Shown here in pieces: positions 30,159-40,206 of a stretch of 64,000 nt of DNA. The notes under the pieces are model-generated. The model saw only the letters and a list, made by a program, of their open reading frames with translations, had not been told where the DNA came from and ran no database searches. The position numbers and the translations under genes are program-made. The stretch covers positions 128,001-192,000 of the forward strand of contig CAVPOC010000002.1 in assembly GCA_963706955.1 (NCBI GenBank), read 5' to 3'. The number at the start of each line of letters is the position of its first letter. Position 1 is the stretch's first letter. The stretch comes from an uncultured Verrucomicrobiae bacterium. Lineage in GTDB: Bacteria > Verrucomicrobiota > Verrucomicrobiia > Chthoniobacterales > Terrimicrobiaceae.

Positions 30159-31094
30159 GTGCGCAGCTTTCTCTACCTGACACTCCTCGGCATCTGTTAC
30201 TCCGTTTGCCAGGCGCAACCGATCTTCAAGGTCATCCCGCTTGGTGTGGAGGGTGGCAACGACGAAAGCAATCTATCGGCTTATGCCGTAGCGGTCAACG
30301 GGACGGACGCCTATGTCAGTCTCGACGCCGGGACGATCTACGACGGCATTGAACGGGCCGTGGCCGCTCAACTCCTCAGCGGAACCGTGTTGGAAGTATT
30401 GCGAAACAACATCAAAGGCTATTTGATTTCGCATCCTCACCTCGACCACATCGCAGGGCTTATTCTCAATTCGCCAGACGATTCACCCAAACCGATCTAC
30501 GGCTTGCCCTTCTGCCTCGAAGCAATCCAGGAGACCTATTTCAATTGGAAGAGCTGGCCCAACTTCGGCGATCGGGGAATAAAGCCCCTCAACAAATACC
30601 GCTATACGATCGTATCCGGACAGGAAGAGACACCGCTGGAGGGGACATCGATGTTCGTGCGAGCATTCCCGTTGAGCCACGCCAAACCTGGTCAGAGTAC
30701 TGCCTTCCTTATCCGACACGCCGAAAATTACCTTCTCTACTTGGGCGATACTGGAGCCGATACGATCGAGGGATCAGATCACCTCGAACGACTTTGGCAC
30801 GCCATTAGCCCGTTGATGACTGCCGGAAAAGTGAAGGCCATTTTTGTGGAAGTTTCATTTGCAAACGCCCGGCCCGACCAGCTCCTGTTTGGCCACCTCA
30901 CACCCCGCCTGCTCATGGATGAAATGAAAAGACTAAGTCAGCTTTCCGGTGACGGGCTGAAGAAGTGCCCGCTGGTAATAACGCACATCAAACCAGATAC
31001 GCCGAGCGACGAGATCAAAAGAGAGCTCGATCAACTAAACGAGCTTGGTCTCAAACTTATCTTTGCGGAGCAGGCAAAGCTGTTGGAATTCTAA
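30159..31094 (+). CDS. Class II 3',5'-cyclic-nucleotide phosphodiesterase, secreted (CpdP-like)
   Basis: Signal peptide, LGVEGG..ESNLSAY, SHPHLDHIAGL, FNWKSWPNF, YLGDTGAD, LFGHLTP and ITHIKP. Confidence 0.88.
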   Translation: MRSFLYLTLLGICYSVCQAQPIFKVIPLGVEGGNDESNLSAYAVAVNGTDAYVSLDAGTIYDGIERAVAAQLLSGTVLEVLRNNIKGYLISHPHLDHIAGLILNSPDDSPKPIYGLPFCLEAIQETYFNWKSWPNFGDRGIKPLNKYRYTIVSGQEETPLEGTSMFVRAFPLSHAKPGQSTAFLIRHAENYLLYLGDTGADTIEGSDHLERLWHAISPLMTAGKVKAIFVEVSFANARPDQLLFGHLTPRLLMDEMKRLSQLSGDGLKKCPLVITHIKPDTPSDEIKRELDQLNELGLKLIFAEQAKLLEF

Positions 31095-31104
31095 GGCGGT
31101 CTAC

Positions 31105-31169
31105 TGTAGCGACGATGTCCCCATCGTCGTCGCAAACGAGCCCTCGACCGTGGGGACACGGTCTCTACA
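31105..31169. repeat. GTAG-type REP doublet
   Basis: TGTAGCGACGATGTCCCCATCGTCG ... GACCGTGGGGACACGGTCTCTACA. Confidence 0.8.
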
Positions 31170-31188
31170 GTATTTCTCTGAAGAACAG

Positions 31189-32157
31189 GTGAGCGAGCTT
31201 CCCATTAGTTACCGCGACATTGTCGCCGCCCATGAACGCATCGTCGGCGTTGTGCACCGGACACCCATCCTGACCTCGAGGACAGTCGACGAAGCGGTCA
31301 ACGCGCGTGTGTTTTTTAAGTGCGAGAATTTCCAGCGGGCGGGGGCGTTCAAGTTCCGCGGAGCCTACAACGCGCTCGTCCAGCTCTCGCCCGAGCAGAG
31401 GGCTGCTGGGGTGGTTGCTTTTTCTTCCGGCAATCATGCCCAGGCGGTCGCCTTGGCGGCCAAACTTCTCGGGATCAAGTCCGTCATGGTGATGCCACGC
31501 GATGCGCCTGCGTCGAAGATGGCGGCCACGCGCGATTACGGTGCGGAGATCGTCCTCTACGACCGTTACCTCGAGGATCGCGAAGAGCTCGCCGGCCGGC
31601 TTTCCGACCAACATGGGCTGACCTTGATTCCGCCCTTCGATCACCCGCACGTAATGGCGGGTCAGGGCACGACAGCTAAGGAATTGTTTGAGGATACCGA
31701 GGGGTTGAATGTCGTTCTGGTGCCGCTGGGCGGAGGTGGATTGCTCTCCGGTTGCGCAGTGGCCGCCCGTGCCCTAAATCCGAAATGCGCGGTAATCGGA
31801 GTGGAACCAGAGGTTGGGAATGACGGCGAGCGTAGCTTCAAAACTGGTGCGATCGTCCATATCAATGTTCCGGAAACCATCGCCGACGGCGCGCAAACTC
31901 AGCATTTGGGAAGGCATACTTTTCCCGTGATTCGCGAGCTGGTGCACGACGTGGTCACCGTTTCCGACGCCGACTTGGTCGCGACGATGCGTTTTTTGGC
32001 GAGCCGAATGAAGCTCGTCGTCGAGCCAACCGGATGTCTGGGAGCTGCTGCGGTGATCCAAAAAAGGATCGATGTCACTGGGAAGAACGTTGGCGTGGTG
32101 ATCTCCGGCGGTAATGTCGACATGATCCGCTTTGCCGAGCTAATGTTGAAGCGCTGA
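31189..32157 (+). CDS. PLP-dependent Ser/Thr dehydratase family (threo-3-hydroxy-L-aspartate ammonia-lyase-like)
   Basis: KCENFQRAGAFKFRGA, FSSGNHAQ, PLGGGGLLSG, TIADGAQT and ISGGNVD. Confidence 0.9.
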   Translation: MSELPISYRDIVAAHERIVGVVHRTPILTSRTVDEAVNARVFFKCENFQRAGAFKFRGAYNALVQLSPEQRAAGVVAFSSGNHAQAVALAAKLLGIKSVMVMPRDAPASKMAATRDYGAEIVLYDRYLEDREELAGRLSDQHGLTLIPPFDHPHVMAGQGTTAKELFEDTEGLNVVLVPLGGGGLLSGCAVAARALNPKCAVIGVEPEVGNDGERSFKTGAIVHINVPETIADGAQTQHLGRHTFPVIRELVHDVVTVSDADLVATMRFLASRMKLVVEPTGCLGAAAVIQKRIDVTGKNVGVVISGGNVDMIRFAELMLKR

Positions 32158-32202
32158 GCCTTATCTAACTCTCCAACTATTCAATCCAGGGGGGCAATTA
32201 GT

Positions 32203-32264
32203 TGTAGGGGCGCTTGTGTCAAGCGCCCAGCGAATCTACAGGCGGTTGGCACAACCGCCTCTAC
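32203..32264. repeat. GTAG-type REP doublet between convergent genes
   Basis: TGTAGGGGCGCTTGTGTCAAGCGCCC ... AGGCGGTTGGCACAACCGCCTCTAC. Confidence 0.8.
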
Positions 32265-32297
32265 TAAATCTTCGAATGGCTTCTAGGCGGTCGAGAG

Positions 32298-33134
32298 TCA
32301 TTCTTTCCAGAGCACAGGGTTGAGCTTAGAGTTGACGATCTCCCCGATTTTACATCCGGGGAGCCATGCTTCCCAATCCTGCTGCTGGTGGTTGTTGCGC
32401 GGTTTTATCAATCTGATGCCGTCTTCCATGTAAATGATGGTCATGACCGCGCGCGCCTGTGCCGATGAATTGCCGCCCGCTCGGTGAAAGGTCCAGCCGG
32501 AATGGAAGCTGACCTCTCCTAACTCGTAGGGTTCTTCCACATAAGTGAAGTTCTGTGCCTGGAGCATCTCGCGAATTCTCGCTTCACTCTCGTCGCTAAT
32601 TTCGAGATCCCGCCCACCTTCGAAACGATGGCTGCGAGCGGCGAAAGCCAGCGGTCCCATCTCGAGTGGCGTCGCCTGTAACGGGATCCAGGCAGTGCAG
32701 GTATTATCGTTGCTTAGCGGCCAGTAGTACTGATCTGCGTGCCACGGGGTAAACCCGCCGCCCGCTTCCTTATAAAGCGCCTGGTCGTGGTAGATACGAA
32801 CCCCCTTGACGCCCATCAGCTCCGCGGCGACGCGGGCGAGTCGTTTGCCAAACGAGAACTGCTGGCAAATTTGATCCTTGCTCCATAAATTCATTACTTG
32901 AAGGAAGGCGCGCTGATAAGTTGAGCGCTCAGCCATAGGCTTGATGAGCGTATTAAGACGAACGACCTGCTCGGTGATCGCTTCGCCGTAGAACTTAAGC
33001 AACTCGGGCGAGAACAGTTGCTTTAGTTTGACATACCCCTCCGCCCGAAAGTGGTCGATCACCCCCGCAGGCAATGGAAAAGGTGCATCCAACTCCGCAC
33101 TCAAGTTGCCTGGGCTTCGAAGCGGCGCTCTCAT
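32298..33134 (-). CDS. Phytanoyl-CoA dioxygenase (PhyH) family 2OG-Fe(II) oxygenase
   Basis: HDQALYKE, TPWHAD (HxD), WIPL and FHSGWTFHRAGGN; start uncertain. Confidence 0.88.
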   Translation of the reverse strand: MRAPLRSPGNLSAELDAPFPLPAGVIDHFRAEGYVKLKQLFSPELLKFYGEAITEQVVRLNTLIKPMAERSTYQRAFLQVMNLWSKDQICQQFSFGKRLARVAAELMGVKGVRIYHDQALYKEAGGGFTPWHADQYYWPLSNDNTCTAWIPLQATPLEMGPLAFAARSHRFEGGRDLEISDESEARIREMLQAQNFTYVEEPYELGEVSFHSGWTFHRAGGNSSAQARAVMTIIYMEDGIRLIKPRNNHQQQDWEAWLPGCKIGEIVNSKLNPVLWKE

Positions 33135-33159
33135 GAATTTGCGGGGAACTCCGTGATTC

Positions 33160-33357
33160 GCTAATAAATGTCCCCGTTCCCGATCCGAAATCAATCAGGA
33201 CATCGCTGGATGCCAATCCGAGCAGGTCGAGCGCCTGGTTGCTTTCCGCCTCGACGTCGCGAAAGGCAGCATGGGTGGAATCGTAAATCTCGACTTCCGC
33301 CGGATTGCCGTAGTCTCTTCCCACCTGCTGAAACTCGTTATATTGCCAGGAAATCAT
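33160..33357 (-). pseudogene. N-terminal remnant of a class I SAM-dependent methyltransferase
   Basis: MISWQYNEFQQVGRDY...VLIDFGSGTGTF; similarity ends right after SAM motif I, just upstream of the PhyH gene. Confidence 0.65.
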
Positions 33358-33509
33358 ACCCCCTATCGGGCACCGCAAATTGAATGGTACTCTCGCGCGA
33401 GCATCAAGCGGACAATCAATCGCCAGACCCGTCGCCTCAACTATCAACTGCGGCGGTGAATACCGCCCCCCTACTTGACATAGCCGACGGAGCATCGTCG
33501 TTATAGGGT

Positions 33510-33791
33510 ATGTGTCGAAACATCCGACCACTTTTTAATTTCGAACCGCCCGCAACCGAGACGGAGATTCAAGCTGCCGCACTTCAGTTTATCCGAAAGA
33601 TCAGCGGTTTTACAAAGCCGTCCCATTCCAATGAGACTGCCTTTAATGAAGCGGTCCGCGACGTTTCGCAGATCGCCCGAACGCTGATCGACTCTCTGCA
33701 AACCACCGCTCCACCCAAAGATCGCGCCGTGCAGGCGCATAAGGCACGGGAACGTTCACGGGTTCGCTTCCCTGAGCGAGCACACGGATAG
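33510..33791 (+). CDS. DUF2277 family protein
   Basis: MCRNIRPLFNFEPPAT..EI.AAALQFIRKISG signature. Confidence 0.9.
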   Translation: MCRNIRPLFNFEPPATETEIQAAALQFIRKISGFTKPSHSNETAFNEAVRDVSQIARTLIDSLQTTAPPKDRAVQAHKARERSRVRFPERAHG

Positions 33792-33870
33792 AAAGAGCGT
33801 CGCGACGATCGTCGAGGGATCGGCGCTGGGGAGGCGCCCGCCGGCCCACAGGTTGACGCTCTCGCCGCTT

Positions 33871-34337
33871 GGGGAGCACACCCGTCCCCGGGTGTGATTA
33901 GCCGGCGTCTCGCCGGACAATCTTTAGCAAGAGATTGAGGAAATTGGTGGGCTTTTTTGGCCGACATACCGGTTTCTTTCTTTGGGCTCTCAGCTACCGA
34001 TTCTAGCACTCGGCAGAGACGCCGAGCGCCACACCCGGGATTCGCCTAGGAGACTGTTGAAGAACTCACGCATGTCACGCGCGAGCTCTTTGGGGTAGAT
34101 ATCGGTGAAGCGACGAAGGAGCATCCCCTCAAGGGCTGTAACTGAGGAGCGACGCCGAAAGGTGCCCCAAAGAGTTCGCGCCCTCCGGGTTGCGCTAATT
34201 TTCGGCCCTCGCGGTGTCGCCAAGCTTGTCCGTAGCACTGCGGCTACGACCTGCGCTTGGCTCCTTGCGATCTTCCGAAAATTGGCAGCAACGTGGCATA
34301 CGTGAGTTTTTCAACAGTCTCCTAGGCGAATGCTCCC
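33871..34337. repeat. GGGGAGCAC-type REP doublet whose right arm is interrupted by a MITE
   Basis: Left arm 33871-33916; right arm CTCGGCAGAGACGCCGAG..CACACCCGGG (34008-34039) resumes as GCTCCCC after 34330. Confidence 0.7.
34050..34321. mobile_element. 272-bp MITE with CTAG target duplication
   Basis: IRs GAGACTGTTGAAGAACTCACGCATG / CATACGTGAGTTTTTCAACAGTCTC; CTAG at 34046-34049 and 34322-34325; no transposase. Confidence 0.85.
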
Positions 34338-34509
34338 CGGAAGCGCTAGAAGGCTCACCGTTTTGAACCTTGGCATCGGAGTTCAGTTTGTCTCACGCAG
34401 TGCGCCCGCGGAGCAGAGAAAGTCCTCGCGAAGAGTCGAAGCGCTGTCCTTCTAATGGAACTTGTTGATTCGAGCCGCACCTAGGCGCTGGGAAGAGCGC
34501 TGCTTTTAG

Positions 34510-35880
34510 CTAGAGGTCAAGGGCTCGCTCGGCATTGAGCAGAGCACCGTTACAGCCGTTTTGTTCCTCGAGGTGTTCGGCCATGACGGGTTCCTCGTCG
34601 CCGATACCAAGCAAAGCGTCAGATTCTTTGACGGACATCCCTTCAACTTCTCGCAATTTGCGCTGCATCGAGCGAGCCTTGGTGCCGACTGTCTCGATGT
34701 CGCTGGTCGCCTGGAGCAGCTTCCGTTGCACCTTCGCAAGCACTTCGCCAAAAGTGTCAAACTGTGCTTTGACCGCGCCGAGGACCTTCCAGACTTCGCT
34801 GGAGCGCTGCTCGATTGCCAGGGTGCGAAATCCCACCTGAAGGCTATTTAGCAAGGCGACCAAAGTGGTCGGACCCGCGATAATCACGCGGTGCTCGCGC
34901 TGAATGAAATCCGCGAGACCAGGAACCCTGAGCACTTCCGCGTAGAGGCCCTCGGTCGGCAAGAACATGATCGCGAAATCCGTGGTTTGGGGCGGGCACA
35001 GATACTTTTGCGAAATATCGCGAGCGTTCGCCTTGATGCGAACCTCGAGTTGAGACGTCGAAATCCGCACCTGCTCCGCATCGCGGCGGTCAATTGCCGC
35101 CAGCAGCTTCTCGTAATCCTCTTTCGGAAATTTTGCGTCAATGGGCAGCCAGACATGCGCGCCATCGAGGTCGCGACCGGGAAGCTTGATCGCGAATTCG
35201 ACCGTTTCGCCGTTGCCGCGTGGGCGGACATTCTTTGCATATTGCTCGGGGCTGAGAAACTGCTCAAGGATGGCCGATAGTTGGAACTCCCCCCAACCAC
35301 CGCGATTCTTTACGTTCGACATCAACGTCTGCAGACTGCCGATCTCGCCGGCGAGTTTTCGCATTTCGCCCATGGCGATGTGAACCTGCTGCAGGTTCTC
35401 GCTGACGATCTTGAAGGACTCACCAAGGCGTCGCTCCAGGGTCGTCTGCAATTTCTCCTCCACGGTTGCGCGCATCTGCTCGAGCTTGGCGTTATTGTCG
35501 TGCTGGATGGCGGCCAGCCTGTTGTCGAGCGCCACGCGCAAGGTTTCCGACTTCTGCTCACTGGTTTGGCTCATCAGCGCCAACTGGCGATCCAGGGCCT
35601 CTCGTAAATTGCCAAGAGCTTCGTTTTGCATCCGCAGCGAGTCCCGGGTGCTCGTGGCAACTTGATTCAATGCCGCAAAAAGGGACTGCGCAAGTTCCTG
35701 ACGTCCTGCCGAATTATCCTGGCGCATCTCTGCTGGGAGAGCCTCCAGCCGCTCGCGCAACTGCGAGGAGACAACGGTTGTGTGCCGACGGAGCGATCGG
35801 CTTGAGACAAGATGGGCTATTTGGAGGGCAGCCGTTAGCGCGAGGAGAGCGCCAATCCCGATGAGAAGGTTCTCTGTCAT
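34510..35880 (-). CDS. rmuC: DNA recombination protein RmuC
   Basis: N-terminal TM helix and coiled coil, NVKNRGGWGE, LPIDAKFPKEDY, TTDFAIMFLPTEGLYAE and LNSLQVGFRTLAI. Confidence 0.93.
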   Translation of the reverse strand: MTENLLIGIGALLALTAALQIAHLVSSRSLRRHTTVVSSQLRERLEALPAEMRQDNSAGRQELAQSLFAALNQVATSTRDSLRMQNEALGNLREALDRQLALMSQTSEQKSETLRVALDNRLAAIQHDNNAKLEQMRATVEEKLQTTLERRLGESFKIVSENLQQVHIAMGEMRKLAGEIGSLQTLMSNVKNRGGWGEFQLSAILEQFLSPEQYAKNVRPRGNGETVEFAIKLPGRDLDGAHVWLPIDAKFPKEDYEKLLAAIDRRDAEQVRISTSQLEVRIKANARDISQKYLCPPQTTDFAIMFLPTEGLYAEVLRVPGLADFIQREHRVIIAGPTTLVALLNSLQVGFRTLAIEQRSSEVWKVLGAVKAQFDTFGEVLAKVQRKLLQATSDIETVGTKARSMQRKLREVEGMSVKESDALLGIGDEEPVMAEHLEEQNGCNGALLNAERALDL

Positions 35881-36108
35881 GCGATCAGCTGTCGTTGTCT
35901 AAAAAGGCGCAGTTCTGCGTCACAGGAACAGAATACCCGATGGGTAGGACATTTGCGGGGGGAGGGCCAGAAATAATTGATTAGCTCCGGTCTCTCTCAA
36001 GCGCGTCAGAGTAGGACGTCCGCCCAGATCGTGAGCAGGAGAATCCTCCCCTTTTAAGGTCTCCCTTCTTTGTCTCTGAGTCGAAAGGAGATCGGTATCG
36101 GCAGCGCG

Positions 36109-36327
36109 TTAGCCGAGCCGGTAAACGATACGGGCTTTGTCGAGATCGTATGGTGACATCTCAAGTTTCACTCGATCGCCATTGAGGAGGCGGATGAAAC
36201 GCTTGCGCATTTTGCCGGAGATGTGCGCGAGGACCGTATGGTTGTTTGCCAATGCGACGTGGAACATGGTGCCGGGCAACACGGAGGTGATCGTTCCTTC
36301 GATTTCAATTGTTTTGTCTTGGCTCAT
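36109..36327 (-). CDS. infA: Translation initiation factor IF-1
   Basis: 72 aa; [14 protein letters not shown] and [15 protein letters not shown]. Confidence 0.95.
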   Translation of the reverse strand: MSQDKTIEIEGTITSVLPGTMFHVALANNHTVLAHISGKMRKRFIRLLNGDRVKLEMSPYDLDKARIVYRLG

Positions 36328-36517
36328 AAGAATGCGTCCGCGGGTCGGCACGGGGTATTAGGATGGGTTCTGACGTTGGTTCGTCGAGAAGGAACAGGCC
36401 ACCCTGTGCCAGAACTCGCTGCGCAAAATTGCAACGCAGCAAAACACTTCAACAGTCCGTATCGGTCCGTTACTGTGAGTCCATTGGCGACGCAAAGCAA
36501 GGGTCGATTTCATCAGC

Positions 36518-36553
36518 TTGCAAAGCTCCATTTGACAAGCAAGGAGTTTGCAA
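36518..36553 (+). promoter_or_regulatory. Palindrome enclosing a TTGACA hexamer upstream of the DEAD-box gene
   Basis: TTGCAAA-G-CTCC-(ATTTGACAAGCAA)-GGAG-TTTGCAA, ending 24 nt before ATG 36578. Confidence 0.45.
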
Positions 36554-36577
36554 CCACTTTCGCCACCAGAAAAACAC

Positions 36578-37798
36578 ATGCCATTTGCCAAGCTTGGATT
36601 GACCAAGCCACTCTTGCGCGGGGTTCAATCCATGGGCTACGGTGTCGCGACGCCAATTCAGCTCCGCGCCATACCGCCCGCATTGGAAGGCCGCGACCTG
36701 ATCGCTTCGGCCCAGACGGGCACAGGGAAAACCGCCGCATTCGCCCTTCCCATACTGCAAAGACTCGGATGTCACGGCGCTCTCCGGTGCCTGGTCCTAG
36801 AACCGACCCGCGAGCTCGCAATCCAAATAGAGAGCTCGATCCGCGAGTTGGCGCGGATGACAGATTTGCGCGTGGTCTCTGTGTACGGCGGTGTCGGCTA
36901 CGGATTGCAACGCGCAGCGATCAAGAGCGGAGTCGATGTCGTCGTCGCTACTCCAGGACGGCTCGAGGATCTTCTGGCCCGAGGCGACCTACAGCTCAAC
37001 GACCTGAAAATTGTCGTGCTCGACGAGGTCGATCGCATGCTCGACGTCGGCTTCCTACCCGCGGTAAAGCGCATCCTCCTGAAATGTCCAAGGGATCGTC
37101 AGACTCTTTTGTTTTCAGCTACCCTTCCCCCGGAAATCGGTGAGCTTGCCGCTTGGGCTTTACGGGATGCCGAGCGCGTCGAAATTGGCGTACAGCAAAC
37201 AGTTGCTGAAACAGTCGCCCACGGAGTCTATTTGGTGGAAGGCACGCGCAAGTTCGATTTGCTACTCGCCTTATTGGAATCCGCCGACTTTCAGAGCGCA
37301 CTCATTTTCGCGCGGACCAAGCGTGGCGCCGATAAGATCGCCAAGAAACTTCGCTCTGCGAACCATTCGGTGGCGGTCTTGCACGCCAATCGCAGCCAAA
37401 ACCAACGCGCCGAGGCTCTCCATGGCTTTAGGTGCGGACGGTACGAAGTCATGGTGGCCACCGACATCGCTGCGCGCGGGATCGATGTGGTTGGCATCAG
37501 TCACGTGATCAACTACGATCCGCCGCAGAATCCAGAGGACTACGTCCATCGCGTAGGACGCACTGGCCGCGCTCAGCTCACCGGCGATGCTTTCACGCTG
37601 GTTACGCCCGAGGATTTTAAATTGCTTGCCGCGATCGAGCATTTTATCGGACAAAGGATTAAAAGGCTTGCGATTGAGGGATTCGCCGAGGGGCCCTCCC
37701 CCCTGCGAACCGAGAAATTGCCTCGTCCGCACCCCATTCGATTTCGTAAGGCCGGACGCGGTCTTGCGCCCGATCAAACTCACAACCGCCACTCATGA
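36578..37798 (+). CDS. DEAD-box RNA helicase (RhlE-like)
   Basis: Q motif, AQTGTGKT, PTRELA, TPGR, DEVD, SAT, ARGID and HRVGRTGRA. Confidence 0.93.
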   Translation: MPFAKLGLTKPLLRGVQSMGYGVATPIQLRAIPPALEGRDLIASAQTGTGKTAAFALPILQRLGCHGALRCLVLEPTRELAIQIESSIRELARMTDLRVVSVYGGVGYGLQRAAIKSGVDVVVATPGRLEDLLARGDLQLNDLKIVVLDEVDRMLDVGFLPAVKRILLKCPRDRQTLLFSATLPPEIGELAAWALRDAERVEIGVQQTVAETVAHGVYLVEGTRKFDLLLALLESADFQSALIFARTKRGADKIAKKLRSANHSVAVLHANRSQNQRAEALHGFRCGRYEVMVATDIAARGIDVVGISHVINYDPPQNPEDYVHRVGRTGRAQLTGDAFTLVTPEDFKLLAAIEHFIGQRIKRLAIEGFAEGPSPLRTEKLPRPHPIRFRKAGRGLAPDQTHNRHS

Positions 37799-38946
37799 AC
37801 CCACCTAGGAAAAAAATTTATTGGAGGAACTACACGTTTCTCACCGGAACGTTTCTCGCTACAGTTATCGGTGTCCCTGCTTACATCTGGCACTTCGGGC
37901 TGGACATCTTTCAGGTCGGTCTCTTCTTGGTTCTGGTTGCGGCGACGGGCATAAGCATCACTTTGGGCTACCACCGGTTGTTTTCCCATCTGACCTTCCA
38001 AGCGAGATGGCCGGTGAAGCTATTCACGCTCTTGTTTGGTGCCGCTGCTTTTGAAGGGTCCGCTCTGAGCTGGTGTGCCGATCACCGCAGGCACCACAAG
38101 TTTACCGATCATGAAGATGACCCGCATGACATCACCAAAGGGTTCTTCCACGCCCATATCGGATGGCTTCTTTTCCGAACTGGACCGGATACTCCGTTGA
38201 CCTGGGTTCGCGATTTACAAAAAGACCGTCTGGCTGTCTGGCAGCATGAACACTATGTGAAGCTTGCTGTCGGTATGGGTTTCGGGCTGCCGCTCTTACT
38301 GGGATATCTCTGGGGCGGATGGGAGTCCGCGCTAGGCGCGTTCCTCATCGCCGGAGCGGCTCGCATCGTCTTCGTGCATCATACGACCTTTTGCATCAAC
38401 TCGCTGTGCCATTGGATCGGCAAACAGCCCTACTCCAGCAAATGCACGGCGCGCGACAGCTTGTTGATGGCGTTCTTCACTTTTGGCGAGGGTTATCACA
38501 ATTTCCATCATGAGTTTCAGCACGACTATCGTAACGGTGTAAAACCGTGGCAATTCGATCCGACCAAATGGTCGATCTGGTTGCTCAACAAGGCGGGCCT
38601 AGTCACCAAACTGCGCCGGGTCCCTGACGAGGTCATCCTCAAGGCCCAGATTGCGGAACGCTCACGGCGCCTGGCCGAGACGCTCTCGGCGCGACAGACG
38701 CCCATCTCTGAGTCGCTTCACACCGTGTTGCAGAATGCTCAAGAAAGAATGCATGCCGCGTTGGCCCACTGGGAGCAATTGATGGCGGAGTATCGTGCGG
38801 CGGCCGAGCGCCGGGGCGAAATTTCAAGAAGGCACCGCCGAGAGCTGAAGCGTCGCGTCGACGAGGCCACCGCGCGCTTGCGCGCAGCGGTGAAGGAGTG
38901 GACGAGCGCACACGAGCTCATCTACTCGGCGATTCAAGCTGCTTGA
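37795..38946 (+). CDS. Delta-9 acyl-CoA/acyl-lipid desaturase with C-terminal coiled-coil extension
   Basis: His boxes HRLFSH, HRRHH and HNFHH; GEGYHN; FDPTKW. Confidence 0.9.
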   Translation: MNPPRKKIYWRNYTFLTGTFLATVIGVPAYIWHFGLDIFQVGLFLVLVAATGISITLGYHRLFSHLTFQARWPVKLFTLLFGAAAFEGSALSWCADHRRHHKFTDHEDDPHDITKGFFHAHIGWLLFRTGPDTPLTWVRDLQKDRLAVWQHEHYVKLAVGMGFGLPLLLGYLWGGWESALGAFLIAGAARIVFVHHTTFCINSLCHWIGKQPYSSKCTARDSLLMAFFTFGEGYHNFHHEFQHDYRNGVKPWQFDPTKWSIWLLNKAGLVTKLRRVPDEVILKAQIAERSRRLAETLSARQTPISESLHTVLQNAQERMHAALAHWEQLMAEYRAAAERRGEISRRHRRELKRRVDEATARLRAAVKEWTSAHELIYSAIQAA

Positions 38947-39061
38947 TCGGGGCAGCAGTCCGACTGACCGCGGGTCCGGGCGCGAAAATCCCTGGACGCT
39001 GGCAGACGGTAATACATGGAATTATGCGACCGTCCGTGATTGACTGGTTTGATTGTTCCTT

Positions 39062-40177
39062 ATGTACGATCCACGTTTTGACCAACTAGCGCGCGTCCTA
39101 GTTCGTCATTCTACCAAGCTTCAGAAGGGCGAAGGTGCTCTGATCGAGCTCTTTGATGTGCCTGACGAGATGGGCATCGCGCTGATCCGTGCCACCCGTC
39201 AGGCGGGGGGGATTCCGTTCTTGCAGATCCACCGCGCGCGGATTTCTCGCGAGCTCGCCCTTCAAGTCGAAGAGAGCCAACTCGCCACCTCGAGCGCTCT
39301 CGAATTGGCTCGCATGAAGAAGATGCAGGCTTACATCGCGGTCCGGGGAAGCCACAACATCACCGAGCTCTCTGATGTGCCCGAAGAAAAGATGCGCTTG
39401 GTGGCAGGGAAATTGCGCCCGGTGATGGATTGGCGAATCAACAAGACAAAGTGGGTGGTCCTGCGCTGGCCGACTTCGGCAATGGCGCAGCAAGCTCAAA
39501 TGAGCACCGAGGCGTTCGAGGATTACTTTTTCAAGGTCTGCACCCTCGACTACGGACGCCTGGTCCCAGGCATGAAGGCTCTTAAAGCACTCATGGACAA
39601 AACGGATCGGGTTCAGCTCAAAGGACCCGGGACCGATCTTCTCTTTTCGATCAAAGAAATCGGCTCGGTGATGTGCGGCGGGGATCGCAACATCCCCGAC
39701 GGCGAGGTGTTTTCGTGCCCGCTCAAGGACTCGGTCGAAGGTCACATCACCTTCAATGCTCCGACAATTTATCAAGGGATCGCCTTCGATAATATTCGCC
39801 TCGATTTTCAGAATGGGCGAATCGTCAAAGCCACTGCCAACAATACCAAGAAACTCAACGAAATCCTGGATAGCGACGAAGGTGCTCGCTACATCGGCGA
39901 GTTCTCACTGGCCTTCAATCCGCATATTCTGCATCCCATGCGTGATATTCTTTTTGACGAGAAGATCGCCGGATCATTCCACTTTACACCTGGCCAGGCG
40001 TATGACATCGCCGGCAACGGCAACAAAAGTCGAATCCATTGGGATATGGTCAACATTCAACGCAAGGATTACGGCGGAGGCGAAGTCTGGTTCGATGGCA
40101 AACTCATCCGCAAGGACGGACTATTCCTGATTCCCGGACTGAAGAAACTAAATCCGGAGTATCTGCTCAGGAAATAG
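39062..40177 (+). CDS. Aminopeptidase, M29 (AmpT/PepS) family
   Basis: [30 protein letters not shown] and S.IHWDMV. Confidence 0.92.
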   Translation: MYDPRFDQLARVLVRHSTKLQKGEGALIELFDVPDEMGIALIRATRQAGGIPFLQIHRARISRELALQVEESQLATSSALELARMKKMQAYIAVRGSHNITELSDVPEEKMRLVAGKLRPVMDWRINKTKWVVLRWPTSAMAQQAQMSTEAFEDYFFKVCTLDYGRLVPGMKALKALMDKTDRVQLKGPGTDLLFSIKEIGSVMCGGDRNIPDGEVFSCPLKDSVEGHITFNAPTIYQGIAFDNIRLDFQNGRIVKATANNTKKLNEILDSDEGARYIGEFSLAFNPHILHPMRDILFDEKIAGSFHFTPGQAYDIAGNGNKSRIHWDMVNIQRKDYGGGEVWFDGKLIRKDGLFLIPGLKKLNPEYLLRK

Positions 40178-40206
40178 GTGCGTGAAATCGTCGTGCTCGC
40201 CTTGAG

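Noticed and set aside
33475..33507. TTGACA...TATAGG as a promoter for the DUF2277 gene
   Set aside because: The spacing of 21 bp is too long for a canonical sigma70 promoter
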